NCBI GenBank assembly: GCA_963785305.1
Contig: CAWAUV010000007.1
Span: 160,001 to 224,000 of the forward strand
Source of the DNA: an uncultured Planctomycetaceae bacterium
GTDB taxonomy: Bacteria; Planctomycetota; Planctomycetia; Pirellulales; PALSA-1355
Direction: 5' to 3'
DNA: 64,000 nt
Shown: in pieces, positions 9,954-19,750 of the stretch
Layout: every line of letters begins with the position of its first letter
Position numbering within the stretch: the first letter of the stretch is position 1
Program-made: the position numbers and the translations under genes
Notes under the pieces: model-generated
The model's input: the letters and a program-made list of their open reading frames with translations, nothing else
Database searches by the model: none
What the model was told of the DNA's origin: nothing

Positions 9954-10826
9954 TTACGACGCGAGGCGTTCCACGGTGAGCACGTCCAGCCGAGCCGCGT
10001 TGCTCGAACTGGCCGCCGACCAGGCGCCACTGACATAGACCGCGTTCGCGATCGTCGTGTTGAGCGTTGTGCTCGCAAGCAAGAACGGAGTCGGAACGGC
10101 CGTGCCCGGCACGCCTTCGACAGTCCAGCCTTCGGCGATCATCGTGCCGCCGGAGCCCGCCGTGCGGACAACGACCTGGCACTCGCCCACGAACAAGCCA
10201 TTGGCAAGGACGCTGACGGTTCCGGTCGCGACGAGGGCTGTCGTTCCGAGGTAAACCTTGATGTTCAAGGTCGGCGTCGAGGTTACGCCCGTCACGATGC
10301 CGGCGAACTTGATCTTGAGGATGTCGCCAGCCTTGAGCAGATTCGCCGGAACACTGAAATCGAGGCCAAAGTCGGTCTCGGTCGAAGTGTTGTTCAGCGA
10401 GGCGCTGGCTGCCGTGTTGCTGTAGAGGTACTCTTGACCTCCCTTGTTCCGCAGCACGATCAGATATTCGCCAGCGTTGGCGGTGGCGCCCCCGCCCGGA
10501 GTACCGAGCGAGATGCCGATGAAGTTGCCGTTGGGAGTGGCCGAGACTTGGCCACTGGCGGCGCCGTAGACGTTCGCGAATTGGTTGATGACCCCGGCGG
10601 CCACCATGATCGGCGCGCCTTCGGAGTTGGGCGTGAGCACAGGGGCCGTTGTTCCGCTGCCGACGCCCGTTGCCGGGACCGGCATGGCAACCGTGCCGAC
10701 TTCGCGGTCGGTCGCTCCGGCCAGAGCCAATGTACCGCTGCTCACGATCACGCGTAGATAGGGACTGAATCCGCCAGACTGCGGCAGGGGGATTGTCGCT
10801 GTTTCAAAACCTTGACCGAGGGCCAT
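9954..10826 (-). CDS. Capsid decoration/cement protein with extra C-terminal beta-rich domain
   Basis: Between protease and capsid genes; N-terminal cement-like segment (VYGAASGQVSAT...IG) plus about 160 aa Thr/Val/Gly-rich extension. Confidence 0.6.
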   Translation of the reverse strand: MALGQGFETATIPLPQSGGFSPYLRVIVSSGTLALAGATDREVGTVAMPVPATGVGSGTTAPVLTPNSEGAPIMVAAGVINQFANVYGAASGQVSATPNGNFIGISLGTPGGGATANAGEYLIVLRNKGGQEYLYSNTAASASLNNTSTETDFGLDFSVPANLLKAGDILKIKFAGIVTGVTSTPTLNIKVYLGTTALVATGTVSVLANGLFVGECQVVVRTAGSGGTMIAEGWTVEGVPGTAVPTPFLLASTTLNTTIANAVYVSGAWSAASSSNAARLDVLTVERLAS

Positions 10827-10952
10827 TTGGGGATTTCCTTTCGCAAATCCCCTGCGGTAAATGTGATTTTGTTACGGTGATTCCCAGAGGTTTAGTGAAG
10901 CCGCGGCCGTCGCCGCGATTTCGCTCCGTGAATCGCCACTGGTTGTCGATGG

Positions 10953-12398
10953 TTACTCGGAATCAAACCGCTCGTCGATAATGTGACGCACCTTGCGGGG
11001 ATTGGTTGCGACCAGGGCTGCCTTGTGGAGCCGCGGATGCGTGCGCCCGACGACCTTGACTGCGCTTTGGCGGCTGCACCCCGAGAGCTTCATTTGCTCG
11101 CGGACGAGCTGGCTGAAACGCTGGTCCGGCGTGCATCCCGAGGATTCTTCCTCTTCGTCTTCCTCGTCGTCGATGTCGTCGCCGTTCTCGTCCTTGCGCT
11201 CTTTCTTGTTCTTGCCGCGCATGTCCTCATCTTCGTCGTCTTCCATTTTCTTGCCCTTGCCGACTACACGGGCGCCGGGCCGGCGAGCGTTGGCCACCTT
11301 TAGGTCCTGTTCGGCCTTTGCCTTGGCGTCGTTGGCTTCCTTGAGTTGCTTGGCGAGCGCGACGCCCCAAGCCTTTTGGGCCTGCGCAACCGTGGCGCCC
11401 GCCTTGAGCTGGGCAACATAGAACGCGGCGTCGGCGTCGGGGCATGCGTCTTGGAGTTCATTGAGGGTCGCCGGCGCCGGAACGACCGGAGCGGCCTGCG
11501 AAGGGGTGTTGTTGTCTTTGTCGGCGGCCATCTTTTTGGCTCCTTGAGACTGAAGTTGAGAAAGTGTTTCATCGAACGATTGAACGCCGTCGATCAGGCC
11601 GACTTTTTGGGCTGCTTCCCCGACGTGGACGCGGCCGTCGGCGAGTTGCTGAACGGACTTGACCGACATTTGTCGGCCAGCCGCGACGCCCGCGACGAAG
11701 TGATCGTTGAGTTGGTCGACGGTCGCCTGCCATTCAGCAAGATGCTCGTCGGTGATTTCGGTTCCGGGAGTCCCAGCTCCCTTATGGTCGCCTGCTCGAA
11801 CAACATGGACTTTGATCCCTTTCTTTTCAGAAGCCGCGCTCGTGTCCTGCATCACCATGAACGTGCCGATGCTGCCCACGATCGCGGTCGCGTTGGAATA
11901 GACCTTGCTGGCCTGCGACGCGACCCAATAGGCCGCGCTGGCGCAGAGATCCTCGATGTATGCCACGACCGGCTTTTGCTCATTCGCTGCGGTTACGTCG
12001 TCGGCCAGGTCCTTCGTGCCACTAACCGTCCCACCAGGCGAATCAATCAGCAGCAAAATTCCAGTTACGCTGTCGTCCGCGACAGCCGCCCTAATCTGTT
12101 GCCGGATTTCCACCGTGGATGTTCCGTCCGCGAGCGAGCTGTTGAACTTCATTAGCGAGCCGCTAACGTCGATCACAGCCACGCCGTTTGACACTTGGAA
12201 TCCGTTACGATTGCCCGAATATCCCGTGGGTCCGGCCGCCTTCACATGCGCGAGCAAATCAATCTGACCGACCACATCAAGCCGCGAGAGCAGGGCTTCG
12301 GGCTGAATGGCCCACACCCCGAAATAATCGGTCATACGCGGCACGATTGCTCGCACCTGATCGACCGAGATTTGGAACTCGCGCGAATTGTCAGCCAT
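10953..12398 (-). CDS. S49 prohead protease with scaffold (lambda gpC-like)
   Basis: IDSPGG, CASAAYW, GSIG and GLIDGV motifs; acidic/coiled C-terminal scaffold. Confidence 0.9.
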   Translation of the reverse strand: MADNSREFQISVDQVRAIVPRMTDYFGVWAIQPEALLSRLDVVGQIDLLAHVKAAGPTGYSGNRNGFQVSNGVAVIDVSGSLMKFNSSLADGTSTVEIRQQIRAAVADDSVTGILLLIDSPGGTVSGTKDLADDVTAANEQKPVVAYIEDLCASAAYWVASQASKVYSNATAIVGSIGTFMVMQDTSAASEKKGIKVHVVRAGDHKGAGTPGTEITDEHLAEWQATVDQLNDHFVAGVAAGRQMSVKSVQQLADGRVHVGEAAQKVGLIDGVQSFDETLSQLQSQGAKKMAADKDNNTPSQAAPVVPAPATLNELQDACPDADAAFYVAQLKAGATVAQAQKAWGVALAKQLKEANDAKAKAEQDLKVANARRPGARVVGKGKKMEDDEDEDMRGKNKKERKDENGDDIDDEEDEEEESSGCTPDQRFSQLVREQMKLSGCSRQSAVKVVGRTHPRLHKAALVATNPRKVRHIIDERFDSE

Positions 12399-14010
12399 TG
12401 GTCATGCTCCCGGCGGCCTGGGGCTCGGCGCTTTCCGGCGCCATCGTGATCGTCAAGCCGTCCGGCGTCGGCGTGCTTAACACCTCGCGCCAGTGAACAG
12501 GGCGGCCATCATTGATTTCTTCATTGATCTGCTGCGCCGCCAGCTTGGCCTTGCGAATTGCCAGTGCGTTGTCTTCCACGATCTCGGTAGAAAGCTGGTC
12601 CCAGTCGCGTCCACGCTCGCGGTGCAGCCGGCGTTGGCTCGTGAGCCCATTGCGAATCCGCAGCAGGTCGGCCGAAGCGTCCTTGAGCGGTTCGATGTAA
12701 GCCCAGCTTGGACACTGCCAGCGGTGTCCGTAGACGTCGATGCCTTGCCGCTTGGCTGCCTTGGCGATCGCAGGGTCGTCGAACATCCACTGGCGAACCT
12801 TCCACACGTAGACCGGCTTATGGAATCTCTCGATCAGCCATCGCTGGTTGCGACGAAAGCCCTTTCGGGCCTCGTCGACCGCCCCGCGAAAGCCTGAAAA
12901 ATTCGTCTCGCTGGCGTCCATCAATAGCATCACAAGTGGCATTCCGAGGTTGATTCCCACCAGAGTCAGCATCAGCTTGGCGTGGTCGAAAAACTCGGCA
13001 TTGGGGATTCCCGGGCTGAACCCCTCGATTTTCTCGCCCTGGTCCGCCTTGATCTGCATGCCCGGGGTGATCGCTTCGCTGATTCGCGTGCTCCCGTCGA
13101 ATCGCTGCGAACTTTGCTGGGCGCCATACTGTTGGTCCACGCTCGGCATCGTGTCCTGGTTCATCCCAGGCGTGCGGATAATGGCGAAGCAACTCACGGC
13201 TTGCTGCTGGACGATCTTGGCGAAGTTGATGTCCTCCCACATGCCGGCCACGTCGAACACGGGCGCCAGGGCCGTGACGCCGCGGGTCTGACTGACTCGC
13301 TTCGGGTCGAAGATATGCACGACTTGCCGGAAGCCTTGCGCGTCCCGCACGGGGTAACGGTCGATTTCGCTGACAAGTTTGATAATGTGCAGTGGGTCGA
13401 CATCATTTTTCGTGAACCAATACTCGATTCGCTCGCGGTTGTCGTCCATCATCACGCCATGAATGACGTTCCGCCTTGTTCGCTGCGGCGTCCGGCAGCG
13501 GTGTCCTTCGACGAGTTCAATCGCGCCGGTTGGCTTGAGCAGCCCCATGATGTCGCCGTCGACCATCGTTTGGCGGAGTACGTCGTGCTCCATGTCATGG
13601 AAGCTGCGCTCTTTGGCCTGGTCGGCCTGGTCCGGGTCGCTCGCCCAATCGTTCCAGCGGTCGAAAAGCTCTTTGTTGAGCCCGTCGTCGCCGGTCTGAA
13701 CGTCGATCCCAAACCCTTCCTGAATCGTGTTGTTCACTGCACGGTCGATGGCCTGCCCGATGACGGCATCATTGCGGGCCATGTCCCGCGCTTGCTCCAT
13801 CATCCGGAGATACTGGAGCTGGATGCGGTAGTGCCAATCAGCACTCGACCCCATCGCCAGATAACCCGTGCGGTTCCGGCGATAGATCGACCACTTGCTG
13901 GCGTCGTAGTCTGCTCGCGCCTCGTCTGCCTTGGCTTCGCGCGACTCACGTTTGAGCCGCGCAAAGGCGCCGGCGAGTGTTTCTTCTTTCGGGCGCCGGA
14001 CGGCCATCAC
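12391..14010 (-). CDS. Portal protein, lambda family
   Basis: ARDMARND, QTRGV, NFSGFR and IEPLKD motifs; 539 aa. Confidence 0.9.
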   Translation of the reverse strand: MMAVRRPKEETLAGAFARLKRESREAKADEARADYDASKWSIYRRNRTGYLAMGSSADWHYRIQLQYLRMMEQARDMARNDAVIGQAIDRAVNNTIQEGFGIDVQTGDDGLNKELFDRWNDWASDPDQADQAKERSFHDMEHDVLRQTMVDGDIMGLLKPTGAIELVEGHRCRTPQRTRRNVIHGVMMDDNRERIEYWFTKNDVDPLHIIKLVSEIDRYPVRDAQGFRQVVHIFDPKRVSQTRGVTALAPVFDVAGMWEDINFAKIVQQQAVSCFAIIRTPGMNQDTMPSVDQQYGAQQSSQRFDGSTRISEAITPGMQIKADQGEKIEGFSPGIPNAEFFDHAKLMLTLVGINLGMPLVMLLMDASETNFSGFRGAVDEARKGFRRNQRWLIERFHKPVYVWKVRQWMFDDPAIAKAAKRQGIDVYGHRWQCPSWAYIEPLKDASADLLRIRNGLTSQRRLHRERGRDWDQLSTEIVEDNALAIRKAKLAAQQINEEINDGRPVHWREVLSTPTPDGLTITMAPESAEPQAAGSMTNG

Positions 14011-14339
14011 GTCGGCGCCTCCAGCGGATCATCATTGCCGAGCGGGAAGGCCCGTCCGCGGAAACTCGAATCTGTCCCCAGAACTTTGACGCCGCCGGCG
14101 AGGCGGGTCATTCGGTAGACGTAGATTCGCGCCCGGTCGATCTCGCTTTGCAGTGTTCGGTTGTTGATGGCGAGCGTGCTGCCCTGATTGCCAATCGCGT
14201 CCGGGCGCAGAACCATCAAGGCTTGCGCGGCCTGAACGAAGATTTCCGCTGAGGCAACGCCGCCGTTGTACTCATAGCCCGAGTACGCGAGATAATCGGC
14301 TTGCGCTGCGGCGAGCGTGGTGTAGGGTGGAGCCATCAC
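14007..14339 (-). CDS. Small head completion protein (gpW position)
   Basis: Overlaps the portal start by 4 nt; size and position only. Confidence 0.5.
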   Translation of the reverse strand: MMAPPYTTLAAAQADYLAYSGYEYNGGVASAEIFVQAAQALMVLRPDAIGNQGSTLAINNRTLQSEIDRARIYVYRMTRLAGGVKVLGTDSSFRGRAFPLGNDDPLEAPT

Positions 14340-15087
14340 CGGAATGATACCGATGGCTTGGCGTTCTCAGCTCGCCGAAAGAGGGCGTGGGCGCGAAAGA
14401 GCGCGAAAGAGGTTTGCCGTATTGCCGCCACCCAATAGACGATGGTGATTCTGAGTTTGGGCCCGTTATGCGTTGGGGCGGGTGTTTGGACTTGGCCGCG
14501 CCCAATGCGGCCAGTCGGTTTTGGAAACCTCAATTTTGACGTTGATCCGGACCTTTGAATTCCGAGATGGCAGTCTCGGACCTTCATGGCGGGAAACTCG
14601 GGCAAAAACGGGGCATGATCCGTCGGTTGTCGGAAAACGAACGAATTGGAGGTCCAGCTTGATTGGGCAGCCCCAACGATCATGGCGCGTCGGTGTGTTG
14701 CTGCCGGAGCGCGCAAGTCATGGTGGGCTCTCAGCAATACGGGCGGGAGGAGCGAGGACGTCCGCGCGGGAAACTGATTTGTAACAGCAGAGGAATTAGT
14801 TACCGCGGTCGAGCCAATTATTGGCGATCTTGAGGCGAGGCTGACGGCTTGCGAAGCCAAGATTGGCATTGGGCCCAAATGACCGACAGGGGTCGAATGT
14901 CCCGCACGCGAGGCGGCTGGATTGCTAGCCGATGCTTTGGGCGACACACTCGGCCGGCCGCGTAGCAATCAAGCCAATCGTTCGTTCCGAAGCGCGCTTC
15001 GGCCACATTGACTGGTGCTTTGAAATACGCCGCAATGTGCGTCAATCGCCGTCAGGCATCTTGACGCAGGTGATTTCTACCAGCCTA

Positions 15088-16089
15088 ATGACTGCCGGAA
15101 ATACCTCCCCGCAGCTCGCCCGGAGTGGATTTGTGGAACTGCCATTCTTCTCGGCCGACTCTCTCGACGACGTCATGCGAGCCGTCTTTCAGGCAATTGA
15201 TGAGCATGGTGTGCCGAATCAACCATCAAAAGGCCCGAATCGTGAGCTAATCGGAGCCCATTTCCGTCTGAGCAATCCACTTGCGCGACTCAGTCGCACG
15301 GAGGGAAGAGGCAAGATATTTAGTTGCCTGGGCGAACTCTGTTGGTACCTCGCGGGACGGAATGATGCTGAGTTCATCTCGTACTACATACCTGAGTACC
15401 TGAAGTTAGCGGAGGATGGCGCGCTCTACGGTGGATACGGACCACGCCTGTATGGCTGGAATGGTCAAAATCAGATTGACAACGTTCTCGCCCTACTGAG
15501 AGTAAAGCCAGATTCGCGCCGCGCGGTGATTCAGTTATTTGATGCCGTCGATATCTCAGTCCATCACGAAGATGTTCCATGTACGTGCACCCTTCAGTTC
15601 ATGGTCCGCGACAACGCTTTGCACATGGTTACAAACATGCGGTCCAACGACGCTTACATCGGTCTCCCGCACGACGTTTTTTGCTTTACGATGCTACAAG
15701 AAATTGTTGCCAGAACTCTGTCGATCAATCTAGGGCTATACTGTCATACGGCCGGAAGCCTGCATCTATACAATAAGGATGACGCATCGGCCAAGCGTTT
15801 TCTTAAGGAAGGCTGGCAGTCTACAACCATAATGCCAGAGATGCCACGCTGCGATCCCGCCCCATCGATCCAGTGCCTTCTTCAGGCAGAGGAGAGTCTT
15901 CGCTCGGGCAATACATCAGTCCAGGACTTGGAGGATTGGGATGATTATTGGGCCGATCTCGCACGCTTACTCCTGATCTTCCGACTCGCAAAGAATAAGG
16001 ATAGCGCAGGCGTCGCGCGACTTCGCTCCGATATGGTTTCGCAGGTTTACGACGTTTTCATTGACGCTAAGCTACAAAGTCTTACCTGA
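15088..16089 (+). CDS. Thymidylate-synthase-fold enzyme, probably (d)CMP hydroxymethylase-like
   Basis: GELCWYL, DSRRAVI, PCT, MRSND...GLPHD and SLHLY motifs; Asp at the position of ThyA Asn177. Confidence 0.85.
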   Translation: MTAGNTSPQLARSGFVELPFFSADSLDDVMRAVFQAIDEHGVPNQPSKGPNRELIGAHFRLSNPLARLSRTEGRGKIFSCLGELCWYLAGRNDAEFISYYIPEYLKLAEDGALYGGYGPRLYGWNGQNQIDNVLALLRVKPDSRRAVIQLFDAVDISVHHEDVPCTCTLQFMVRDNALHMVTNMRSNDAYIGLPHDVFCFTMLQEIVARTLSINLGLYCHTAGSLHLYNKDDASAKRFLKEGWQSTTIMPEMPRCDPAPSIQCLLQAEESLRSGNTSVQDLEDWDDYWADLARLLLIFRLAKNKDSAGVARLRSDMVSQVYDVFIDAKLQSLT

Positions 16090-16149
16090 GCAGGTCCGGA
16101 GGCAGAACTATCCAGCCTATCATTCTCACCACACTCAAACGAGCAATCC

Positions 16150-16950
16150 ATGTACTCAACTATCACCGCGTTACTAAATAGACTCGACAGTCCAGCATTT
16201 GCGGGAACAGGTGTCATCAAGTGGGGTTGCCCGGTGCCGACGTTTGGCGATCCGGCCAACGCGAGAATTGCCACTCTAGGAATAAATCCTAGTAACCGCG
16301 AATTCGTTGATCAACTCGGTAAGGAACTTGATGGTCGCGAACGGCGATTTCACACACTCAAATCACTTGGGCTATCGAAGTGGGCCGAGGCGGATTTGCG
16401 CCATATCGAACAAATCACTGAATCCTGCACGCAGTACTTCCAACGCAATCCCTACAATTTGTGGTTCAAGCGGCTTGAATACGTCGTTGCGGCCATGAAG
16501 GCCACATTCTATGGAGCCGCCCCATCAGCCTGCCATTTAGATCTCGTTCCTTACGCTACTGCCCACAAATGGACTGAACTGTCATCGCGCCAGCGTACTT
16601 CGCTCTTCGCGGTTTCGAAGGATGCGCTCGCACGTATTCTTGTGGACGCGCCTGTGAGCGTACTCATACTTAACGGACGCTCAGTCGTTAAGCATTTTCA
16701 ACTCCTCACTGGCGTCTGTCTTCATCCGCAACACGTCCACGGTTGGCGTCTCAAACGACGGTCAAGTGCCGATATCAGTGGAATTGCCTATATGGGGACC
16801 ACTGAAGTACTATCCGGTCTCGATTTGGGGCGCCGCATTCTAATTTTAGGTTTCAACCACAATCTTCAAAGCAGCTACGGAGTCACTGCTGACGCGATTA
16901 ACGCCATTCGAACATGGCTTGCTCATTCGTCGGAGGAGGTACTTGCTTGA
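16150..16950 (+). CDS. Hypothetical protein, possible uracil-DNA-glycosylase-superfamily fold
   Basis: PVPTFGD...IATLGINPS, DLVPYAT and LILNG motifs resemble the UDG-like pattern. Confidence 0.5.
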   Translation: MYSTITALLNRLDSPAFAGTGVIKWGCPVPTFGDPANARIATLGINPSNREFVDQLGKELDGRERRFHTLKSLGLSKWAEADLRHIEQITESCTQYFQRNPYNLWFKRLEYVVAAMKATFYGAAPSACHLDLVPYATAHKWTELSSRQRTSLFAVSKDALARILVDAPVSVLILNGRSVVKHFQLLTGVCLHPQHVHGWRLKRRSSADISGIAYMGTTEVLSGLDLGRRILILGFNHNLQSSYGVTADAINAIRTWLAHSSEEVLA

Positions 16951-17882
16951 GGCCCCGCGATCGACAACGCGCTCAACAGCTTGAGGATGCGCTACTGGCT
17001 TTTCACGGTGAGAGATTCCCACTCCTGGGAATCCAAGACCGATCAGCCAGGGGCTGTCTCCTTGAACAGATGATGGAGAGCATTCATCGGGTCAGATACG
17101 TTGCGACAATTCGGGGTCGTTACATATGCGATGCTCGTCGTGACCCAAGTAGCGAGCTGTTCGACCCACTCAAGGCAGCGATATTGTTCCAACGGGACGG
17201 TCTTCTCGACGAAGCATTCTGGATGGTGTTTCTGTTCGTTCACTTTGGCCACAATTCCCGCGGTGGTTGGCGGTACGCTCGCGAAATATACGGGCGCCTC
17301 GGCGATGGCCATCTCTGGGATTGGGCTTCTACAAGTACCGATCCATCCGGCTTTCGAAAATGGTTAAACGCGAATCAGAATCAATTGAAACGAGCAGGCG
17401 TGCCGGGCGGCTTTGGCAATCATCGAAAATACGAAAGCCTTGAATCTTTAGGCCCCAACGGCACCGGTCAAGTCATTGATAGTTACGTGCGATGGGTAAA
17501 CGCGCAGCGGACACATGCGGTCATGTGTGAACAGGCACTCCATGATGCAGGCGGCGATACCATGCTGGCGTTCGACCACCTGTACAAATCAATGGGAAAC
17601 ATCGCTCGGTTCGGCCGAACAGCCAAATTCGATTACTTATGCATGATTGCGAAGCTTGAACTGGCTGCAATTAAGCCGGGTTCCGCGTACTTGTCGGACT
17701 CTACAGGTCCGCTCAAAGGTGCGCGATTGCTCTTTGGCGGACAACCTGCAATCCGGCCGCGAGACGCAGACGACCGACTTGTTGAATTGGACGGTGCCCT
17801 TCAGGTCGGCATGCAGGTCTTGGAGGACTCCCTCTGCAATTGGCAAAAGAGTCCGACTGCGTTCGTCCAATTTCGTGGCTAG
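16947..17882 (+). CDS. Alpha-glutamyl/putrescinyl thymine pyrophosphorylase clade 3-like protein (HhH glycosylase fold)
   Basis: FGNHRKYESL, FGRTAKFDYL, TGPLKGARLLF and EDSLCNWQK motifs; TTG start overlaps the upstream TGA. Confidence 0.7.
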   Translation: MRPRDRQRAQQLEDALLAFHGERFPLLGIQDRSARGCLLEQMMESIHRVRYVATIRGRYICDARRDPSSELFDPLKAAILFQRDGLLDEAFWMVFLFVHFGHNSRGGWRYAREIYGRLGDGHLWDWASTSTDPSGFRKWLNANQNQLKRAGVPGGFGNHRKYESLESLGPNGTGQVIDSYVRWVNAQRTHAVMCEQALHDAGGDTMLAFDHLYKSMGNIARFGRTAKFDYLCMIAKLELAAIKPGSAYLSDSTGPLKGARLLFGGQPAIRPRDADDRLVELDGALQVGMQVLEDSLCNWQKSPTAFVQFRG

Positions 17883-18986
17883 AGCGTTACTTCATCCCAG
17901 GCATAGCGCGCCTTGAGGGCGTTCATATGATTCGGACGAATCTTACCTGCGTGCTGCAACTGGCCGACAACAATTCCTCGGGATACGCCAATTCGCCTCG
18001 CAAATCTCATGATCGCACGCGCATCCCGCGGAAGTCCGAGCATTTCATTTTGAAACTCGTCAGGTATTAGCGCTCTTTGAGCGAATGCATTCGCTTCGTC
18101 TTCATCTTTCGATTGACCTGTATCGTCACCTTCCAAATAGAGTTCATCTTCCCTAAACAACTGACCTTGCAGATGCAGCAGCAAGTGACCTGTTTCGTGA
18201 AAAAATGTGAACCACAAGTGGTCGTCGGTTAGGAATCTAAAACTAAGCTGCAATACGGCCTTCTCTGGATTGATAAAGCGCGCTGCACCGCTTGAACGGC
18301 AGCCTGTCGGGCATTCTGACGACAACAACGGCAACGCCGCATTCCGCACAGACTTTCTGAAGGGCTGGCAGAAATCGTCGAGGATCCTTTTCGCGAGTGA
18401 GGGACCTTATTGCAGCGAGGCGCTTTTCGAAGGCATTCGCATTCCATTTTTGACAAAGAATCTTGTCAGCCTCGATCTCACCCTGACGGAGCCATGCCGC
18501 TGTCGCTGCCGGCCAAGACTCAAACGACGCCGACGTTCGAAATGCGACCATGTTCTGAATGGACGAGCACATGGCGAGCAACGCATTCTTGTCTGGAACA
18601 TTGAAAAACTGGCAGCACGCTGCCAATTCTTCAGACGGACGCGGGGCTCCGTTTAGCCAGCCGAATCGAATCATGTCGCCCAAGGGGAGCTTGCGAAGCA
18701 GCTCCTTTTCGTCGACGGAAGCTCTATCGAGTTCCCGCCGATACTGAAAATCACGCGACATCCAAAATTCAACGGATCCGCCAACCGTTCGTTGAAGACT
18801 CCTCGCGATTGCTATGCTTATTGTTGCCCTTCCTTCTAGCAAAGCGCGAACGTCATCAGCACTTTGACCCAGCTGACTCGCAAGTGCGGCCTCCGACAAG
18901 CCTTTGTCCTCCATAACATCCGCGATGGTGTCGCCTGGAGACGATGTCCAGTCGGGGCAAAATCCTTTAGGCCGGGGCGCGCTCAT
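17879..18986 (-). CDS. HigA-type HTH fused to ImmA/IrrE metallopeptidase (frameshift near 18305)
   Basis: SPGDTI...HTH N-terminus, AWLRQGE, and FTFFHETGH (HEXXH) in the second frame. Confidence 0.85.
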
Positions 18987-19297
18987 TCAATCCTCATGAT
19001 CTTTAAACGACGGACGCGAGACCAGTCGATCGCTCCGTCTTGATTTACTGGGTTCGTCTGGTGGTTGGCTTCGAAGATAAGGGAAGTTCCGTTGCCAAGG
19101 TCCAACTGCATTAGCTCGAAGTTTCCCTCGACCGCCCGCGGCCGGCCAGCGACGAGATCCTCGACTGATAACGCTGCGCTAAGGTCCGCGAGACGATTGC
19201 GCAGCTTCTTTGCAACATCGGGACCGAGTTGGGCATTCGCCTCGGTTTCGCTCTCGCAGATCGTGCGAAAGGGTCTGGAATCAAACGCGAGTTCCAA
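18983..19297 (-). CDS. HigB/RelE-like toxin
   Basis: About 104 aa from TTG 19297; AKKLRNRLADL and IDWSRV...I..IE; overlaps the HigA-IrrE start. Confidence 0.7.
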   Translation of the reverse strand: MELAFDSRPFRTICESETEANAQLGPDVAKKLRNRLADLSAALSVEDLVAGRPRAVEGNFELMQLDLGNGTSLIFEANHQTNPVNQDGAIDWSRVRRLKIMRIE

Positions 19298-19537
19298 CCT
19301 AGAGCCTTTCGAGTAACTTGATCTCGGGACGGAACGTGAGAAGTGATCGGCGTCACGAGAACCACCTGAACGCGCTCTGCGAGGACAAATTGCGAGGGCC
19401 GTTTGATTGCTTACGGGACTGCAACTCCTATAATACCAAATGTCCGCACGCATGCACTCCCTTCCGAAATCGGTGGTGTCTTAAGATCGTGTTGCTGGTT
19501 TCAAGAACCGCCCGGAGTTGCCTTCCCCGGTAGTGGG

Positions 19538-19750
19538 TCAATCTGAAATCCGCCTTGAACCATTGAGTGATACGGCCGCCACAATAGCAATTGCGCTTCC
19601 AAGGCTGGCGACGAAAAAATCTTCGAGAAAGTCCTTATTGCGCATCATGCGTGCGGCTGCGTGAATGGTCAGCATAAGGGAAAATAACAATACGAGGATC
19701 ACCTGCCGTCGTTTCATCATTGCGAGACTCGTGATTAGTGGTTTGGTCAT
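19538..19750 (-). CDS. Small hydrophobic passenger protein (two predicted TM segments)
   Basis: 70 aa, overlaps the transposase stop, two hydrophobic stretches. Confidence 0.45.
   Translation of the reverse strand: MTKPLITSLAMMKRRQVILVLLFSLMLTIHAAARMMRNKDFLEDFFVASLGSAIAIVAAVSLNGSRRISD

Noticed and set aside
14340..15087. Long gap upstream of the TS-like gene as an ncRNA or retron-like element; includes a GCGCGAAAGA tandem repeat at 14391-14410
   Set aside because: No reverse transcriptase nearby, no convincing long inverted repeats, and the overlapping ORFs look spurious.
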